DNA of 64,000 nt from Takakia lepidozioides (Eukaryota; Plantae; Bryophyta). Shown here piece after piece: positions 11,511 through 25,194 of the stretch (positions within the stretch are counted from its first letter, which is position 1; each line of letters begins with the position of its first letter). Below the pieces are notes generated by a model, which ran no database searches, was not told where the DNA came from, and was given only the letters and a program-made list of their open reading frames with translations. The stretch covers positions 55,180,001-55,244,000 of the forward strand of contig CM060733.1 in the NCBI GenBank assembly GCA_030704615.1, in the 5' to 3' direction. Both the position numbers and the translations under genes were made by a program.

Positions 11511-14500
11511 CGCAAAGAAACCCAGGCTGACCGGAAAATAATGTATAGGGAGAGACTTGAAGCCCAAAAAGAGGCAGAGATTAATGCGGCTGCTACAACG
11601 TCTGGGCAAGGTTCTGTGGAAGATGCCAGGGTGGGGTTTTCAGAACGAGACAAGAGGAGAATGGTTTTGAAAATGGCCGACTTCTGTTACAAGCAATTTG
11701 AGGGAATGCCCAACACTTCATTCACAAACAGAGGTAATGGAATTATTTTTGGGTCACCATCTCATTAAACTCAGCTTGCCTGCCTATTACTTGCCGCCTA
11801 AGGAGGCCAAGGCGCATGCTGATCTGTTGAAGAACCAGCAGAGCTCCATGCAACTTGTTAAGGGTGTGCAGTCTTTAGATAAGCTTGCGAGTAAACGCTC
11901 ATTCTTAACAGCGTCTGTTAGTGGAACCCAGACCACTACTGTAAGGGCAACGGCTCGTATCATTAATATTCATCACAACAATATTAGTCGTGCAATAGTT
12001 CGACGAAGAGTCATTGATTCAGAAGGTGAGGGTTTGTGGGCTTTGGGTGGGAGAAAGAAAATGTCTGATCATGTAACAGATGCGACCCGAGCGATTGTTT
12101 TGGCTTGGTGGGTAAATGAGACACGAGTGTCACCCAACAAGAAAGATGTCGTGAGGCAGCGCGTGTCGAGGAAAGTCTATGATACACAACCTGCTCACTA
12201 TCTTCTTGAGACTCAGGTAATCGTACCCTCTCTTTGCAGTGTTTGTGTGGGCTCTCAGTACTTTACAGTCCTTCTACACTTACTACTGTACTGTATTGGA
12301 CTATGTTGGAGTTTGTCAACTGCCATTGTATTGTTTGGGTTGCCTCACGAGTACATTTTCCCTAGACAAGCTACATTGTCACCTGTAAACCTACCAGTGG
12401 ACTGAGATTATTGTACTCAATTGTGGACACTATGTCCAGCTCATGTCCTGAATTGGAGTGTCTTTAAGATGTCCCTCCTGTTCATGGACTGGTACTCATT
12501 GTAATGTGACTAGGATGGACTAGAAGTAGGACTCACTAGCATGCACTCCATACAATATGACCAGATAGGACAGAATAGCATGCAGTCCTTGTAATTTGAG
12601 TTGGAGGGACTAGAAGTAGATGTACATGTACTCCTTGAAATGTACATGTACTCCATTAGTACATGCACTCCTTGAAATGTGACTAGAAAAGGACAACGAC
12701 TAGGACTAGGACCGATTTGGACATGCACTCCCTCAAATGTGACTAGAAAGGACTAGACTGGGACTGATTTGGACATGCCGTCCTTGATATGTGACTAGAA
12801 AGAAGTAGGACTAGGACTGATTAGGACATGCATTCCTTGATATGTGGCTAGAAAGGACTAGGACTAGGACTAGGACTGAATAGTACATGCATTCCTTGAT
12901 ATGTGACTAGAAAGGACTCACACTCGGACTGATAAGTACATGTACTACTTGACATGTGACTAGAAAGGACTAGGTCTAGGACTACTAGGACTAATTAGTA
13001 CATGTACAATTTGACATGTGATGAGAAAGGGCTATGACTAGGACTAGGTCTAGGACTGGTTAGCATGTACTTATTGTACTGTCACCAGGAAAGACTAGTA
13101 GTAGGTTTTATTAGTGCATGCACTAAATGAGATTCTCTTTGTGCATGTTGTGGTGGTAATGCAGACTGCTTTCTTTCTTCGCTTCAAATCAGCCCATCCC
13201 AATGTCAAAGTGGGTCAACGATTGTTTGAGTTGTTGAGGCCCTTCTTTGTCAAACGCCTGAAGGATCGTAATGTTTTGTTGCTGCAAATATCATGTGGAG
13301 ATGGCGGAGTTGAAGGATGGGTTCAACAACATGCGGACTGCCGAGAGGGGTGTCCACTCTCCATCATCATATACTTGTGACTGTAATATTTGTCAACGTG
13401 GACCAGTATTAGATGGTGAAGCTGGTTGTCAAGCGAACAAGCACCCCTACGAAGGAGTAACTCGGCTTTGGCAAGAAATTGTTTGTCCCAAGGGGGAATT
13501 GGATGAATGGCATCGGCGAGACTGTCTCATGGGAGAGTGCTTGAGGTGTGGCTCACGTAAGTTATCTATTTGTCCCGTGGAGGCAAATGGTTGTGATTTG
13601 ACAGTGCAGTGGAGATGCTATGCAAAAGAGAATGTTGGAGAGAAAGATGGAGCCCCTAGAATGAGACTGAAACTCCAATACCAAACGACTTCCTCTATTG
13701 AATTCTTGTCGTACTTCAAACCCAAGCTACAGGCTTTTGTTCGTCATAACTTTGTAGCCCGATGGCAAGATGCTCAGTTGAAAGCCAGTTTGAAATTGTT
13801 GTACGAACAGCGTGTCATGCTTGTTGTCATCAGAAATGTAAAAGTGCATTTCTTTCAAAACCTTGGAATCGGGATCATTCACATCAGGGTGTGGATTCCA
13901 CCGGTAGGTAATGTGCACCAATATAGTGATCTGGAAACTGTGCCAGTGCATCTCTTGCACTTCGTTCTGAACTGAAAAAGTGTAGTTTTCAGCAAAGTCA
14001 ACAACAGACAATATTACATACATAAGCATAGGTGGGGGGTGGCTGGAATCGCAGAGCGAGGAACACCGAATAATTACAGAACAGGTAGGAATTACCTTGT
14101 TGAAGCAGGGTTCAGACCTGAATCGCATTGGGTATGGAGTGACGGTTGCGCTGCTCAGTTTAAAGGTGCTCGTCCTTGGTATTTTGTTAATAAGTACCCC
14201 CACATCACAGGGGGTTGCACCATGTGGTGGAACTTTTTTGGATCAGGGCACAGGAAAGGTGAGCACGATGGGGCTGGTGCTGTGATCAAGAGGGCTTTAC
14301 GAGCAGAGCAGTTAAACTCAAATGGTGTGAAGCTGCAAAATGTTGCTGAGGCAGTAGTTTTTTTGCGTGAGAATCTGTCCACCCGACCTCCTTCTTCGTA
14401 CTCTAAGATTAGAACAGCAATGAAAAGACATTTTTGGCTTGTTGGTACAGAATATGTTGACCGCACACAAGAGTGGGATTGCAAGACCGTACCTAGAACT

Positions 14501-15124
14501 CGGTCTTTACATTCCATTCTTGGGAGGAACAAGTCAGACCCAACCAAACTTATGGTTCGAGACTTAGCATGCTTTTGTCCACATTGTTTGGATCTTGATT
14601 GGGACAAGTGCATCAGTATTGCTCATGCACGAAATTGGAAGTTGCAAACCCTGCAACCTACAAATACAACTGTTGTCCGGAGGCAGATTGAAGAAGAAGG
14701 GGATGAAGATTGGGAGTTTGGGGGAGATGGGGAGGACTTGGCCTCGTGCTTGGATGCAGGGGACAATTTTGCCTGCAATGCTGAAGCTGGAAACTCAGAA
14801 GGGGTGGACTTCTACTTGCTCAGTTGTGAAAGGCCGGTTCACGTTGTTATGGAGACATTCACAGATGGGTGCGGAAGTACTTTTGACCCTGGCGAGCATG
14901 TGGTTGCAAGGAGATATTACCAGTTGTGTGGAAGAAGAGTTAAGGCTTACAAGTTCCTATCTAACCAGCCTTAGGCATTTGTGTATTCGCATTTGGTGAG
15001 GGCTATGAAATTTGCTATGCCTCCAGCGACATATGCAGTCAAAGGCAAGGATCCAGTCTTCACCTTGTCTACGGATGCACTGGAAGGCATCAATGAAGCT
15101 CTAGCAGCAATGGAAGATCGCTAA
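11388..15124 (+). pseudogene. Sola2-type DDE transposase, spliced (intron 12217-13164), with frameshifts and an internal inversion
   Basis: CCCKYH, CLMGECLRCG, HNFVARWQ, DFAENY (inverted), SDDNKHD (inverted), WSDGCAAQFK, FFGSGHRKGEHDGAG and a C-terminal CFCPHC. Assignment to Sola2 is from the recalled motif pattern. Confidence 0.8.
12500..13100 (+). repeat. Intronic degenerate ~60-bp tandem repeat (ACATGCACTCCTTGAWATGTGACTAGAAAGGACTAGGACT)
   Basis: About 8 visible units inside intron 12217-13164. Confidence 0.9.
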
Positions 15125-16434
15125 ACAATGGCCGACATATCAGTACTTTTGCCTTATGAATTACTAACATTTGTGGCATATTGCAGCCCAATCCATGGTT
15201 GATGGGCAACCTCCCTTATCGGGATGGGGTTCAACTCTCCTTTGGGTTATGTAACTCAAATATGTAGCAATGTGAATTACAAGTTGCTTGTGAGCTGAGA
15301 GATTGTTTCCCGAATTTGTATGTATGTAGCTTTGTTATTTGGCTGCATGATCTATAATCTATCTTGCAGGCTATGGCTGAAGAGGCTGTGGCTGTGGCCA
15401 AATTTGTAACTGTTCAATTTCATGTGCAACAATTAAGTGGAATAGCAGGAGACCTGCTATGCTGATGCTCCAGACACTGTGAAAGAGGCAGAGTGGCCTT
15501 TAGGCCAACAAACTAGTCATGAACCTAAGATGGACCAGGAAGCACAACCCGGGCCTATGTCACAGCATGGTCACAATAGCCTTTGCTTTAGAATGGACCA
15601 TAGTAGTCTCAAGAAGAGTGATGGAAGTGAACTATTTCCAGGGATATACTCCAGTTTGGTGGAAAATAGAGCACTTGGCAAGCTTGCAGCAACAAGCTTG
15701 GCAAGTGACCAGGTCTGCGAAGATCCAAAAGTCTCTGACTTCTCAATTGTGCTGGAAGTAGACTGCCTGCAAGAAGGTATTCTAGCAATTCCTATCAGAA
15801 ACAGATGGCAAAAGAGAGTGCATTGTTTTCAAAAACCACTGTCATGATATTGCTGCCTTACTCAAACATGTATAACATACCTATCAGCAGAAAATGAACA
15901 AAGAATAGTAACGTGCATGCACTCAATCCATGTCATGTGTCCATTGTGAGCTACTCAAAAAACCACAAGGACAAATCCGACTCACATCACTTGGTTGGGC
16001 ACCTAATGGTAACAACTAACACATCCTCTACCAGTTCTAAACTGCTCAACATTGACATATCGTGGCACCAACCTCTACCCCATCGATGAAAGACTAGCCT
16101 TTGCTTGGATGCATCCCAAAGTGGCCATGGCATAAATGAACTGGTACTGATGAAGAGATGAGACCTGTCCCCACAATGACAGCAGCGAGTGGTAACGTCC
16201 TCATAGGGGCGGTCTGCTAATCACATGCCCTGCATTGCCACCCACAATGCTCAAGATCTTCCTAAACTTCTGTCTCATTATTCAGCACTAGACGTATACC
16301 AGATGTATGTCCTATATATCATGCATAGAGGAGTTAAATTACATCAGAAACTTGAGCATGAATTGGCAAAATAACAACCAAGAGTTACAAAAGCAAAGTG
16401 ATAAAAGCATAAGTGTACATTACTCAGCTTGTAC

Positions 16435-19400
16435 CTAGTTGATATGTTTTCTTTTCTTCTTCTTAGGGCCTGCACCAAAAGAACCTGCATCCATCTTCAA
16501 GTTAGGTGGGGTCTTGACAGTATTAAGGGACTTCACAACAGGCCCCCGAGTGGTCAAGTTGGGAGGAGTCTTCACGGTGTTCAGTGACTTCACAACAGGG
16601 CCCCGAGTGGCCTTCACAACACCATCCTGTGGGATTGAGTTACTCTTATCATGGTGGCTCAGATCGTTGTCCTCATTCGTATCCAAGGGCTTCTGCACGA
16701 CAACTCTCTTTGATGAGGGGGTACTTTCACTTGGGCACTTGTCCATATCCTTGTCAATTGATACCTTAGAATCCGCCGTAGTGGTGGGCTTCTTTGCATA
16801 CTCTGCACTCAATGCCTTGCGAGATCTCTTTTGTTCTCGTTTACGCTTCCCTGTTGCCTGAACATATGGACTGACAAGGGCTGCAGCTGGGGGGTTCAAC
16901 ACTGGTCCAAGAACAAGAGGGGTTGTCGCTAAGGCATGAGGTACATATATTACCATAGGTAATGGAGAACCACCATCAAATTGAGCTGGAACTGCGGGAA
17001 TGGATAGTAGTGGAGGAACAAGGGAGGTAGCAACTGGTGGAGTGACATGAAATATAGGATCTGAAACTTGTGAGGGGCCTCCACCTATGGTACTGTGCAA
17101 CACAATTGTATCAGAATTCCTTTGACCCCAAGTCTGAGTCTGATGAGAGGGTTGCCACATGTCCAGTATTTTGGGCACCATCTCTTTCAACCTTCACATC
17201 CACATAAGGAGGAACAATGGTGGATGGGATTGTCAAGTCCACAACATCTTCATGTGTACTTTGTAGCGTATGTGTCATAACAAACTCCGGAACAAATGAA
17301 GCCTGCAGTGGAGATCCAAGAATCTTCTTTGGTGGAGAACCAGGAATGAGGAACTTCTTGACAGAACCCTTTCCTGAAGCTGAGACCTCTTGCATGATGG
17401 TATCAGGTGTGACATCAACCTCAGGGTTCAACGGATCTCCAACAACTGGTGCAACGATCCCCGGCCGCGACAGCCCCAAAGGTGAAATTTGAAGAGTTGA
17501 AGAGCTCGGAGTTCGAGGGAAGTTTTGGTTCACAGCACTACTACCTTGTCCACTTTGGCCTCCACTGTAGTTGGTGGTGAATGCGCTATAGTTGGTGGTG
17601 GCCTGAGATGGAGGTCTTGGTCTTCGTTTGTTGGCATCAATGAAGCCATCATCTGCTATCACACCTACACCATTACAACTGGTTTGAGAAGGCTGAACTA
17701 TCACTTGGTGCCTAGTGTCTACCAATACAACATTAACTGTAATTTGAGTCCAGACAAGTCATTGTAGTCCTTACCATGGCACGAAGTCCCAACAGTTGGA
17801 CCACATAATTATGTGTAGAGTGCACAGTCCATCATAATGGACTTTTTGTCCCCCATATTAGACTTCCAAGTTCTATGCAGCTGATGGTGGGACTATAAGC
17901 AAGATTCACACTCCCTAATTAGGATTCACACTCCATCTAGGCCAGAACTCAGATTCCAAGTTGAGTCGCAAACTCCTCAATAAGGACGCGCATCATTATT
18001 TTGCAGTTGGACTCACACTCCACATGATTAAGCACATGGATTGACCCTCCACATGACTCTCATTCCAAACTGGAAATCAGTGGAAATCATTAAGGACTCG
18101 TACTCCCAGTAATTAGTCAGCAAGTGGACTCACACTCCCCATGACTAAACACATCGACTCATACTACACATGAGTCAGCACTTGGACTCACACTCCACAT
18201 GACTGAAGACTCAGAATTCTAGCTAAGAATGACACTCCTCAATAAGGACTCCCCAGTAAGGATTCACTCCACTGAAAGGACAAATAATAACATTTGCAGT
18301 CCCACATTCAGACTCATAGTCAATTGAAGGGGTTGAAGGTCCAATCTTGGGACTACAGTCCTGAGGATTGGACATGAAGTCCCCAGCCTTGGACCACACA
18401 AGTTTTCTGAAGAAGAAATCATGGAAATGTTGCAATCAATCTTACCTGGAACTTGGGTGTTTCTAACCTTGGCTTCGTGAAGTTGCTTTGTCATCCACCT
18501 TTGGCGCAGCTCAACCACTTTCAGCTTTTCCGCAAGTGCCTGCACCTTTGGGTCAAGAATCCTAAACCCAAAACTAGAACACCAATCAGGATGCATGATC
18601 TCTGAACAGCTGAAGTCCCTACACCTGTTTGACGTCTTCATATGGGATGCCATACAAATGGGATGGTAAGTGTGCTTACAAGATGCCACCACCATGTCCC
18701 AACAGTGGAAACCTTTGTGGCAAACAGGGCAAGGAGAGACCTTCAGGAAATCCTTGATGGACGTACTATCTTTGATCACTTGAGGATGACATATAGGCAT
18801 AGGATAGATGGCGAGTCCTTTGTCCCCATTTGTCAAGGCCTGAATCTGATCTTGGATAAGACTCCTCTCTGTGTCAGCAACATCAACCACATTCTCTGCC
18901 ACTCTAATGTCCCTGTCTTGCTGGTCCCCTACATCACACAAAGCATTGAACTCTTTTTCGGTCTTATCAGCATTGAGCCAAAATTCTGCTTCAATTGATT
19001 TCTTCTGGTCAAGTTCCCTTTGCATCTCAGACTGTCTTCCCTTTCCACAGTTCAGTAACCCAACACTCTCTTCCCCTTTTTGCATTAAGGTCTCTTCCCC
19101 GGCTCGGATTGTGGCACCCTCGTGGGAGAGTTTGGCCTCTAGGTCTGCAATCTTGTTCCGACACTCTGCAAGACACCATTGTATGTCTTCCATTTGCACC
19201 TGAACAGTCCGCGTCTTCTCCATCAGGTCCAACTTCCCTTTCTTTAACCTCTCCAACTCTTCATTTGCCCCACATATTTCCTCATACTTCAAATCATGTA
19301 GTTCTTGAAGACTCGCTAGGGCAATTGCCACATACTCCTGCTCATGTTTTTTCCTTTCCATCTCTGTAATCACTTGCTCAGGCGTTTGTTTCAGTCCTTC

Positions 19401-20180
19401 TTTGCCTCTACTTGGGGTTTTGCGTAGCCTCTCTTTCAATTCACAAACTCCTAGCTTTGGCTTACTGTCTGTGCTGTCGGGGTCCTTTGCTTCTTGATGC
19501 TCCTTCATTCTTTCTTGTTGCGTAGCTGTCCATGCCGCGTATGCTGCCCAGTTGAGTTTTTGTCCAGTCTTTTTTTCATAGACAATGCCCCTTGCCATCA
19601 AGTTTGCAATGATACCACCGGTTGGCTTACAGTCATACCCATGAACCTTACTCCACAGGTCCTCGATTTTGGGAATCAGACTCTTGTCAGTACAACGCAC
19701 ATTTGTCATTGCACCGTTCGAAGTCTACATGTCTTGCTGTCGCTATGCACTACAATCATCTTTTGAAGATGATCCTAACTCTCATTGTTATTTGAGGAGG
19801 GAGGACGCGCAACGCTCACGCCATTGCGTCGTTGGTTGCTGTCTCCGTACATAACCAACCTGGAGTTGTAAAAAACTGGTCTAATGGGAGTGCGGGGCTG
19901 GGAGTATGTATGGCACTCAAGAAGCGGTTCAAAACAATGGTGCAGTCGGGGAGTAAATTAGAGAATTCACCTACGAAAGCGAAGAGTTCCAAAGCGGCAT
20001 CCGAAGATACTATGGGCGAAAGAGGGGGGCAGAAATTAGCAGATTACTTCAGGGATGTCCTCAAGCTGAATGCGACAGGCAAGAATCCCAAACAACTTGT
20101 CTTAGACAAAGACATCACCAAAGAACAATGTGCAAAGTTGTTTGGACAACCAGCAAACAAGAATGGCTACCTAAAAGTTG
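16435..20180 (-). pseudogene. Element A accessory gene: N-terminal NWAxYAxWT domain, long coiled coil, RING-like zinc finger and low-complexity tail; its N-terminus is inverted
   Basis: ORF 18264-19709 carries CPVC...SCKHTYHPIC...C...C. Downstream ORFs are 17111-17725 and 16435-17190, the latter with a duplicated TRGPVVKSLNTVKTPPNL and a PKKKKRK NLS. The probable N-terminus is on the + strand at 19832-20180. Confidence 0.65.
17900..18270. repeat. Degenerate short tandem repeats (GACTCACACTCCACATGA-like) in a probable intron
   Basis: The motif recurs about 8 times between the RING ORF and the next exon. Confidence 0.6.
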
Positions 20181-20287
20181 TCACTCAGAGCTCACTCCGT
20201 ATAGTTGGAGGCTGCACCGCCGACGAATTGATGTGAATTACACATTTCAAATCATGGTCGTCCACATACCACATTGCATAGTTGATG

Positions 20288-23200
20288 CTACCCATGTGTT
20301 GTATCCCGCTGCAAAAGAGTATCGACCTCATTGAAACTCATAGTGGCCTGGTGAATGAAGTTGTCACGTTTGGGATCGCAAACCATCCTCTTCAAAAATA
20401 TGAAATACAAATGTTTGCAGGGTATGAATTTACCTTTCTTGCCCAAACTGGTTGATAGCATATTCACAAAATCAGGACATGTGCAATTGGGGAAATTGGA
20501 AACCGTGATGTCGTAGGTCCTGTCATGAACAGCAGATGTGGAAGTGATGATTGTGAATACCCGACCATATCCTGGATCGGGTACTTCCGTGGTGCTTCCA
20601 ACACGAGCTTGGAGCATTCTTGCGGACTCCACTTTGCCAAAGTGTTCAGCGGTTGGAGGGAAACGCCGAACGAGCTTTCCATCTCGTTTGGTTGGCCACA
20701 AGTCAGGATTTGCCGGGGGGATCCGGGAGGACGCAGAAGTAGTAGCACATGCATGGAGTTGGGGTTGTCTCGCAAGGGAAAAACCTGCCTCCTCCAGCAT
20801 TTCAATCTCCTGAAAGCTGAGATGTGTTCCCACCTTCACAGGCCAAACGGTTGGAGGAGATGGCTTCATCACTACGGAAGGACGCACAGTTCCATGCACA
20901 CATCTGGCACAATCATCTGCGCAGAACCAGAACTTGTGGTTCTTGGCTTCTGGTTGACCGTATGGACGCATCAAGCCCGTGAAAGTCGGAGCAAGAGTTC
21001 GGGCACCACCTCTGAATATAGATGAAGTGCACTTCTCAAAATTAGTTGCCCTGATCGCTATACATTTCACACGAGACCCTACACTTGTGCGTTCTATGTG
21101 CCAAACGTGGTCGGGGCATGCGGACTCAAGCACCTCAAGGGGGTTGTTTCTCTCCTGCACCATTTCAGTGGCACTGTTTGATGCTGGAGCTTGCCGTCGT
21201 GTTGGAGGTTCCTCCACAATGGAGGTTCCGGACATGGAGCTGTCATGCAGGGGAACACGAGGCTTCGAGAAGTTATCACGGTCTGCCCTGTGGGAATCTG
21301 AATCCGAACCAGGTGGAGTGTTCAATTTCCTCTTATAGGAGCCGAATCTCTCCTCCCCTTCAAGATGTGGAACTCTAGAAACAAGTGGCGTTCCCTGGGC
21401 ATACATGCTCACCGCCCGTGCTATCTTGATTGGATCCCCAGATCTGTTTGCAGCACGCAACATCAACTCCCATTTGTCCGGACCCTTGCCACCAACCCCA
21501 CCTCGTAAGAAATCACGGTATCGGGTTTGTTGTTGCAAGGCACGTATCAAATCATCTGTTGTTGCCACATACAAATCCCGACCTCGTTTCCCAGACTGCT
21601 GCAACCATGCGTTGTGCACAGTTTCTGCCAAATTGCAAGATGGCATGTCCGCCATTTCCTCAATGGACATGTTTTGCAAAGTGCAGAACCACACTTCAAA
21701 ACAGTGAACATAAAACAACATAAAGAAAGCGAGGACACAATAAAATGGAAAGCAAATATATGAAAAAGCAATAAATATAAGCCTCGTACCAATGACATGG
21801 CTGTTCCCCACTGTCTATACCGGAAGTGCCAAAACGCCAGCCAATCTTCCAATGCTCTCATACTCTCAAGTGATGCAGCTCCAGAAGAGAACCACCAGGC
21901 ACAAATTGTCTGGAACAAAGTGTCCGCCTCCTTCATTGTTCTAGCATCTTTGTACTCTTTGCACAATTTATAGTGCTGAGTCTGCATCTCTGGTTTGATG
22001 TCCGACTTTGTATGTTTTTCCAGAGATTGTGTCCAATGGAATAGACATGTACGCTCTCTTCCTGGCATAGACACTTTTGGGTCGCCCGATCCGAAGACAA
22101 TACGAACAATATTGAAATTTGCTTGAGCACTATCCGCCATGAAACCTGCGAAATTTGGAGATGGTAGCCCATGGCAGCCCATGACACGTATCAGGGAATT
22201 CCACATGAGCTTCTGGGATTCCGTATCCTCGGATTGCATGTCACAAACTGCAATTGTCATAACTCGTTGGTACACTGGATCGTAGACATGACAAGCCATT
22301 GTCGTCCAATCCTTCACTCATTTCACATGATCAAACATAAGAAAACAGTTCTGCAAGTCCCCAGTCTTCTGCATCCTCTTCACGAGGCTAACCCCACTGC
22401 CCTCCCCAACAGTCGACATTTTGAAAAGAAAACCTTTGATGACACCTTGACCTGGGAATACATTGTCCTGGATGTAATCGTACTTGCTCACTCATTTCAA
22501 TTCCAAAATATTGTCTATGTAGCCTCTGATCCCAGAGCCCATTCTCAATGCATTGATCTGATGCCGAATGTTCGGTGAACTTAAAGTGGAGAAATGATCC
22601 ATGACCAGGTCCAATGCTGCACCGTCAAGTTTAGTCCCCACAGAATCCCCTTCACTCAAAATTTGGCTTTCCAAGAAGGACTTGCTTGCGCCAAGAGCAA
22701 TTGCAGATGTTGTTGCGGATGGGTTTCTCCCAAACTCCTGTTTAATCAACCTGGATATTGTCTCAACACTCTCCCTGTAATCCCCCTTCGAGATAGGATG
22801 GTTATGGAATCCGAAATGCACACAAGCTCTTGTCATTGTTTTCAAACGGTGGACAACATAGTACATTCTTGCTCCGCAGAGCGCCAAGCAGGATGGCACA
22901 AGTTTGCAGATTTTGCAGACGAAAGTGTTTGCCGATAGAGAGGCAGTCCCAAGCTGAAATGGATTTTCCGCCAGACCCTCCCATTCATTTTGATTATGAA
23001 CCCCAGATTGAAGAAAGTGTCTGCAATTCAAATTATCACACCTAAGGTATCCATTGCAAACTGTCCTCCTGAAAACAAGCTTGTCATCATTCTGAATATT
23101 GGATGTTTTTGTTCTGCACCACGGGTGCCCGTCGTGTTTCTTGTCCATTCCATGCATCATGATTGTTACACCTCCAACTCGCGGAGGAGAGGTAGCTCGA

Positions 23201-23813
23201 ATAGGATATCTCGAATAGGATATCGCCATCAAAAGTGTCCAGCAAGAACTTCACAGGCACCTGCTTCAAAGATTCCCAATCAATTCCCCGCAACTCACTT
23301 TTGAATCCAGCCATTCCTCCATCGCCCGCAATTTTGGAATGACACTACAAATCTCTTCTTCATCAGCTTCTCCAACCACAGTAGGAAGGACTGGATTTGG
23401 AATTTCACTTATGTCATCATCGGAAGAATTCGAAAGCTCAACGATTGGAGTGGAGGACGTCTGTTCTTTTTTCACCACACCTCCCTCTTGTCTTCAACGA
23501 CCGAAGCAGTAGGTCCCGGCGTCACATATGACCCAAGGGACTTTCGCCGAGGCTCTCCAAGTACTCTGTATCGACCAGGACGCACTCTCCACTGGCTGAT
23601 ATGAGCCGTCTCATCACGGTTTTGGAAAGAATATTTCACCAACTTCCCTTTAAGATCGTACACCTCTTTCTCCAAAAAGATGGAGCCATTCTGCAGCTGA
23701 AAACGGGTAGCCAAGACATGTTCCAGAACAATTGCAAATCCATTGTCAAGGACTTCCTGGGAGAACGGCACTGGTTTGTCGTCAGAGAAGAACTCCGCTT
23801 CAGAGGAAGCCAT
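20288..23813 (-). pseudogene. Element A transposase: GCM-like Zn domain + MULE-type DDE + SWIM finger; frameshifted
   Basis: DKKHDGHPW...CNGYLRC...HFGFHNHP (GCM-like). FDHVK, GFMADSAQAN, RTCLFHW and CNLAETVH (D, D, CxxH, E). CTCPDF...CKHL (SWIM). Intron about 21789-21674, with the acceptor apparently mutated. Confidence 0.85.
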
Positions 23814-24564
23814 CTTCCTTCCTCGCGTACGTTTGTACCTTGCTATCGCAGATCTAGTGTAAATCGGTTTACTGATGTCTCCAGAACACAGTTGAAGAAT
23901 GAGCAGAGAATATGGCGGAGGAAGCTCAGATAACGACTGTGCATATTATGTTATTCTTTCCAGATATGCAGCCGTCCATTTTAATTACTTTTCTTGTGGG
24001 CCCAGTGGTCAGAGTATCCCTAGGGCAGTGTCGGCAGCTGTAAAACCGTTAATCAGAACCTCATCAATAAACCCAAAACAAAGCCGACTTCCTGGAAGCA
24101 TGCCACAGGATCTGAGAATGGGATTGCAGATTAAGTAAATGTATCTTATACTACTACCAATGATCATGCGCACCTGGAAAGTTCCAAATGTGAAACGAAT
24201 GTGGGGTTTGGCTAACAAGGATGACCGTGTATGATATTCCAAATTTGTCATCAAACTCTCGTTCATTTACATTTATTTGTGTAAGACTGCGCCAAATTTC
24301 TGGGATTCGCTGTTATTTTTAAATATTGAAACCGTTCTAATAAAGAACACGCCGTTTTTTTTTGGGCGACACACGTCAGACATCCATAACTGAATACGAA
24401 CAGCTGTACACCAATTGCTGGCATGTGCACTAATAAGGGAACGACTATGTGTAACGGTCACGCGGGAGGGAATCCGATGCTTCTAGAGACACGCAAGAAC
24501 GCAGGCAATCCCGCAAGAAATCGGGAGTCACTGCGTTTTTCTACTTTTCGCGCTTAGAGGGAGA

Positions 24565-24958
24565 GTGGTAGTCAAGCTGGAGAGGGTTCCTTCTAGAATA
24601 CGAAAGAGAAGAAAGTCTCTTTATTTTACTTCCCTTAGAGAGAGACGCAGAGCAAGAGAGAAAATGACGAGGCGTCGTTTGTTGGAGAACACAGGGCCAA
24701 GGCAGCAGGTGAACGCGGAGACTGATTCACAAGAGCAGACGGAGACTGAGGCAGCGGCTGTGACACAGTCGGCGATAAGAGTGCGCCAGCCTGTGGAGGC
24801 AGAGATGATTCGCAGGGACACTGAAGGAGGTGGAAGCACGCGGAACGCCGAACCGGGAGAAGGTCAAGAAACCCTAGCGCAGACAGAAATTCCAGCAGAT
24901 GTGAGAGGGAAGAGGAAAGCTGCAGAAGGGGATCAATTTCAAAACCTAAGAAGGGCCA
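24565..24958 (+). pseudogene. Element A: orphan first exon, homologous to exon 1 of the ParB-domain gene of element C
   Basis: VKLE...KRRKSLYFTS.R.R.RAR..M is shared with 43310-43430. GTAAGT donor at 24959. Divergent from transposase A. Confidence 0.65.
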
Positions 24959-25194
24959 GTAAGTTTTATCTAACTTAATTTCATTGTTGAAGATATGCGT
25001 AGAGATTGAGTGGAATGTCCCAGACAGGATTGTCGCTTCACAAAGGTGATTTGCTTTCTACTCTCTAAGGGTTTCACAATGAGTGGTGACTATCGGTACA
25101 GTCATTCACTTGTTCAGATCATACAGTCTGTCTGATTGCCTTTCAAGGAGTCCTTCCTCTTCCCTTCTTTAGCAGGAACTACTGAATTGCGAGC

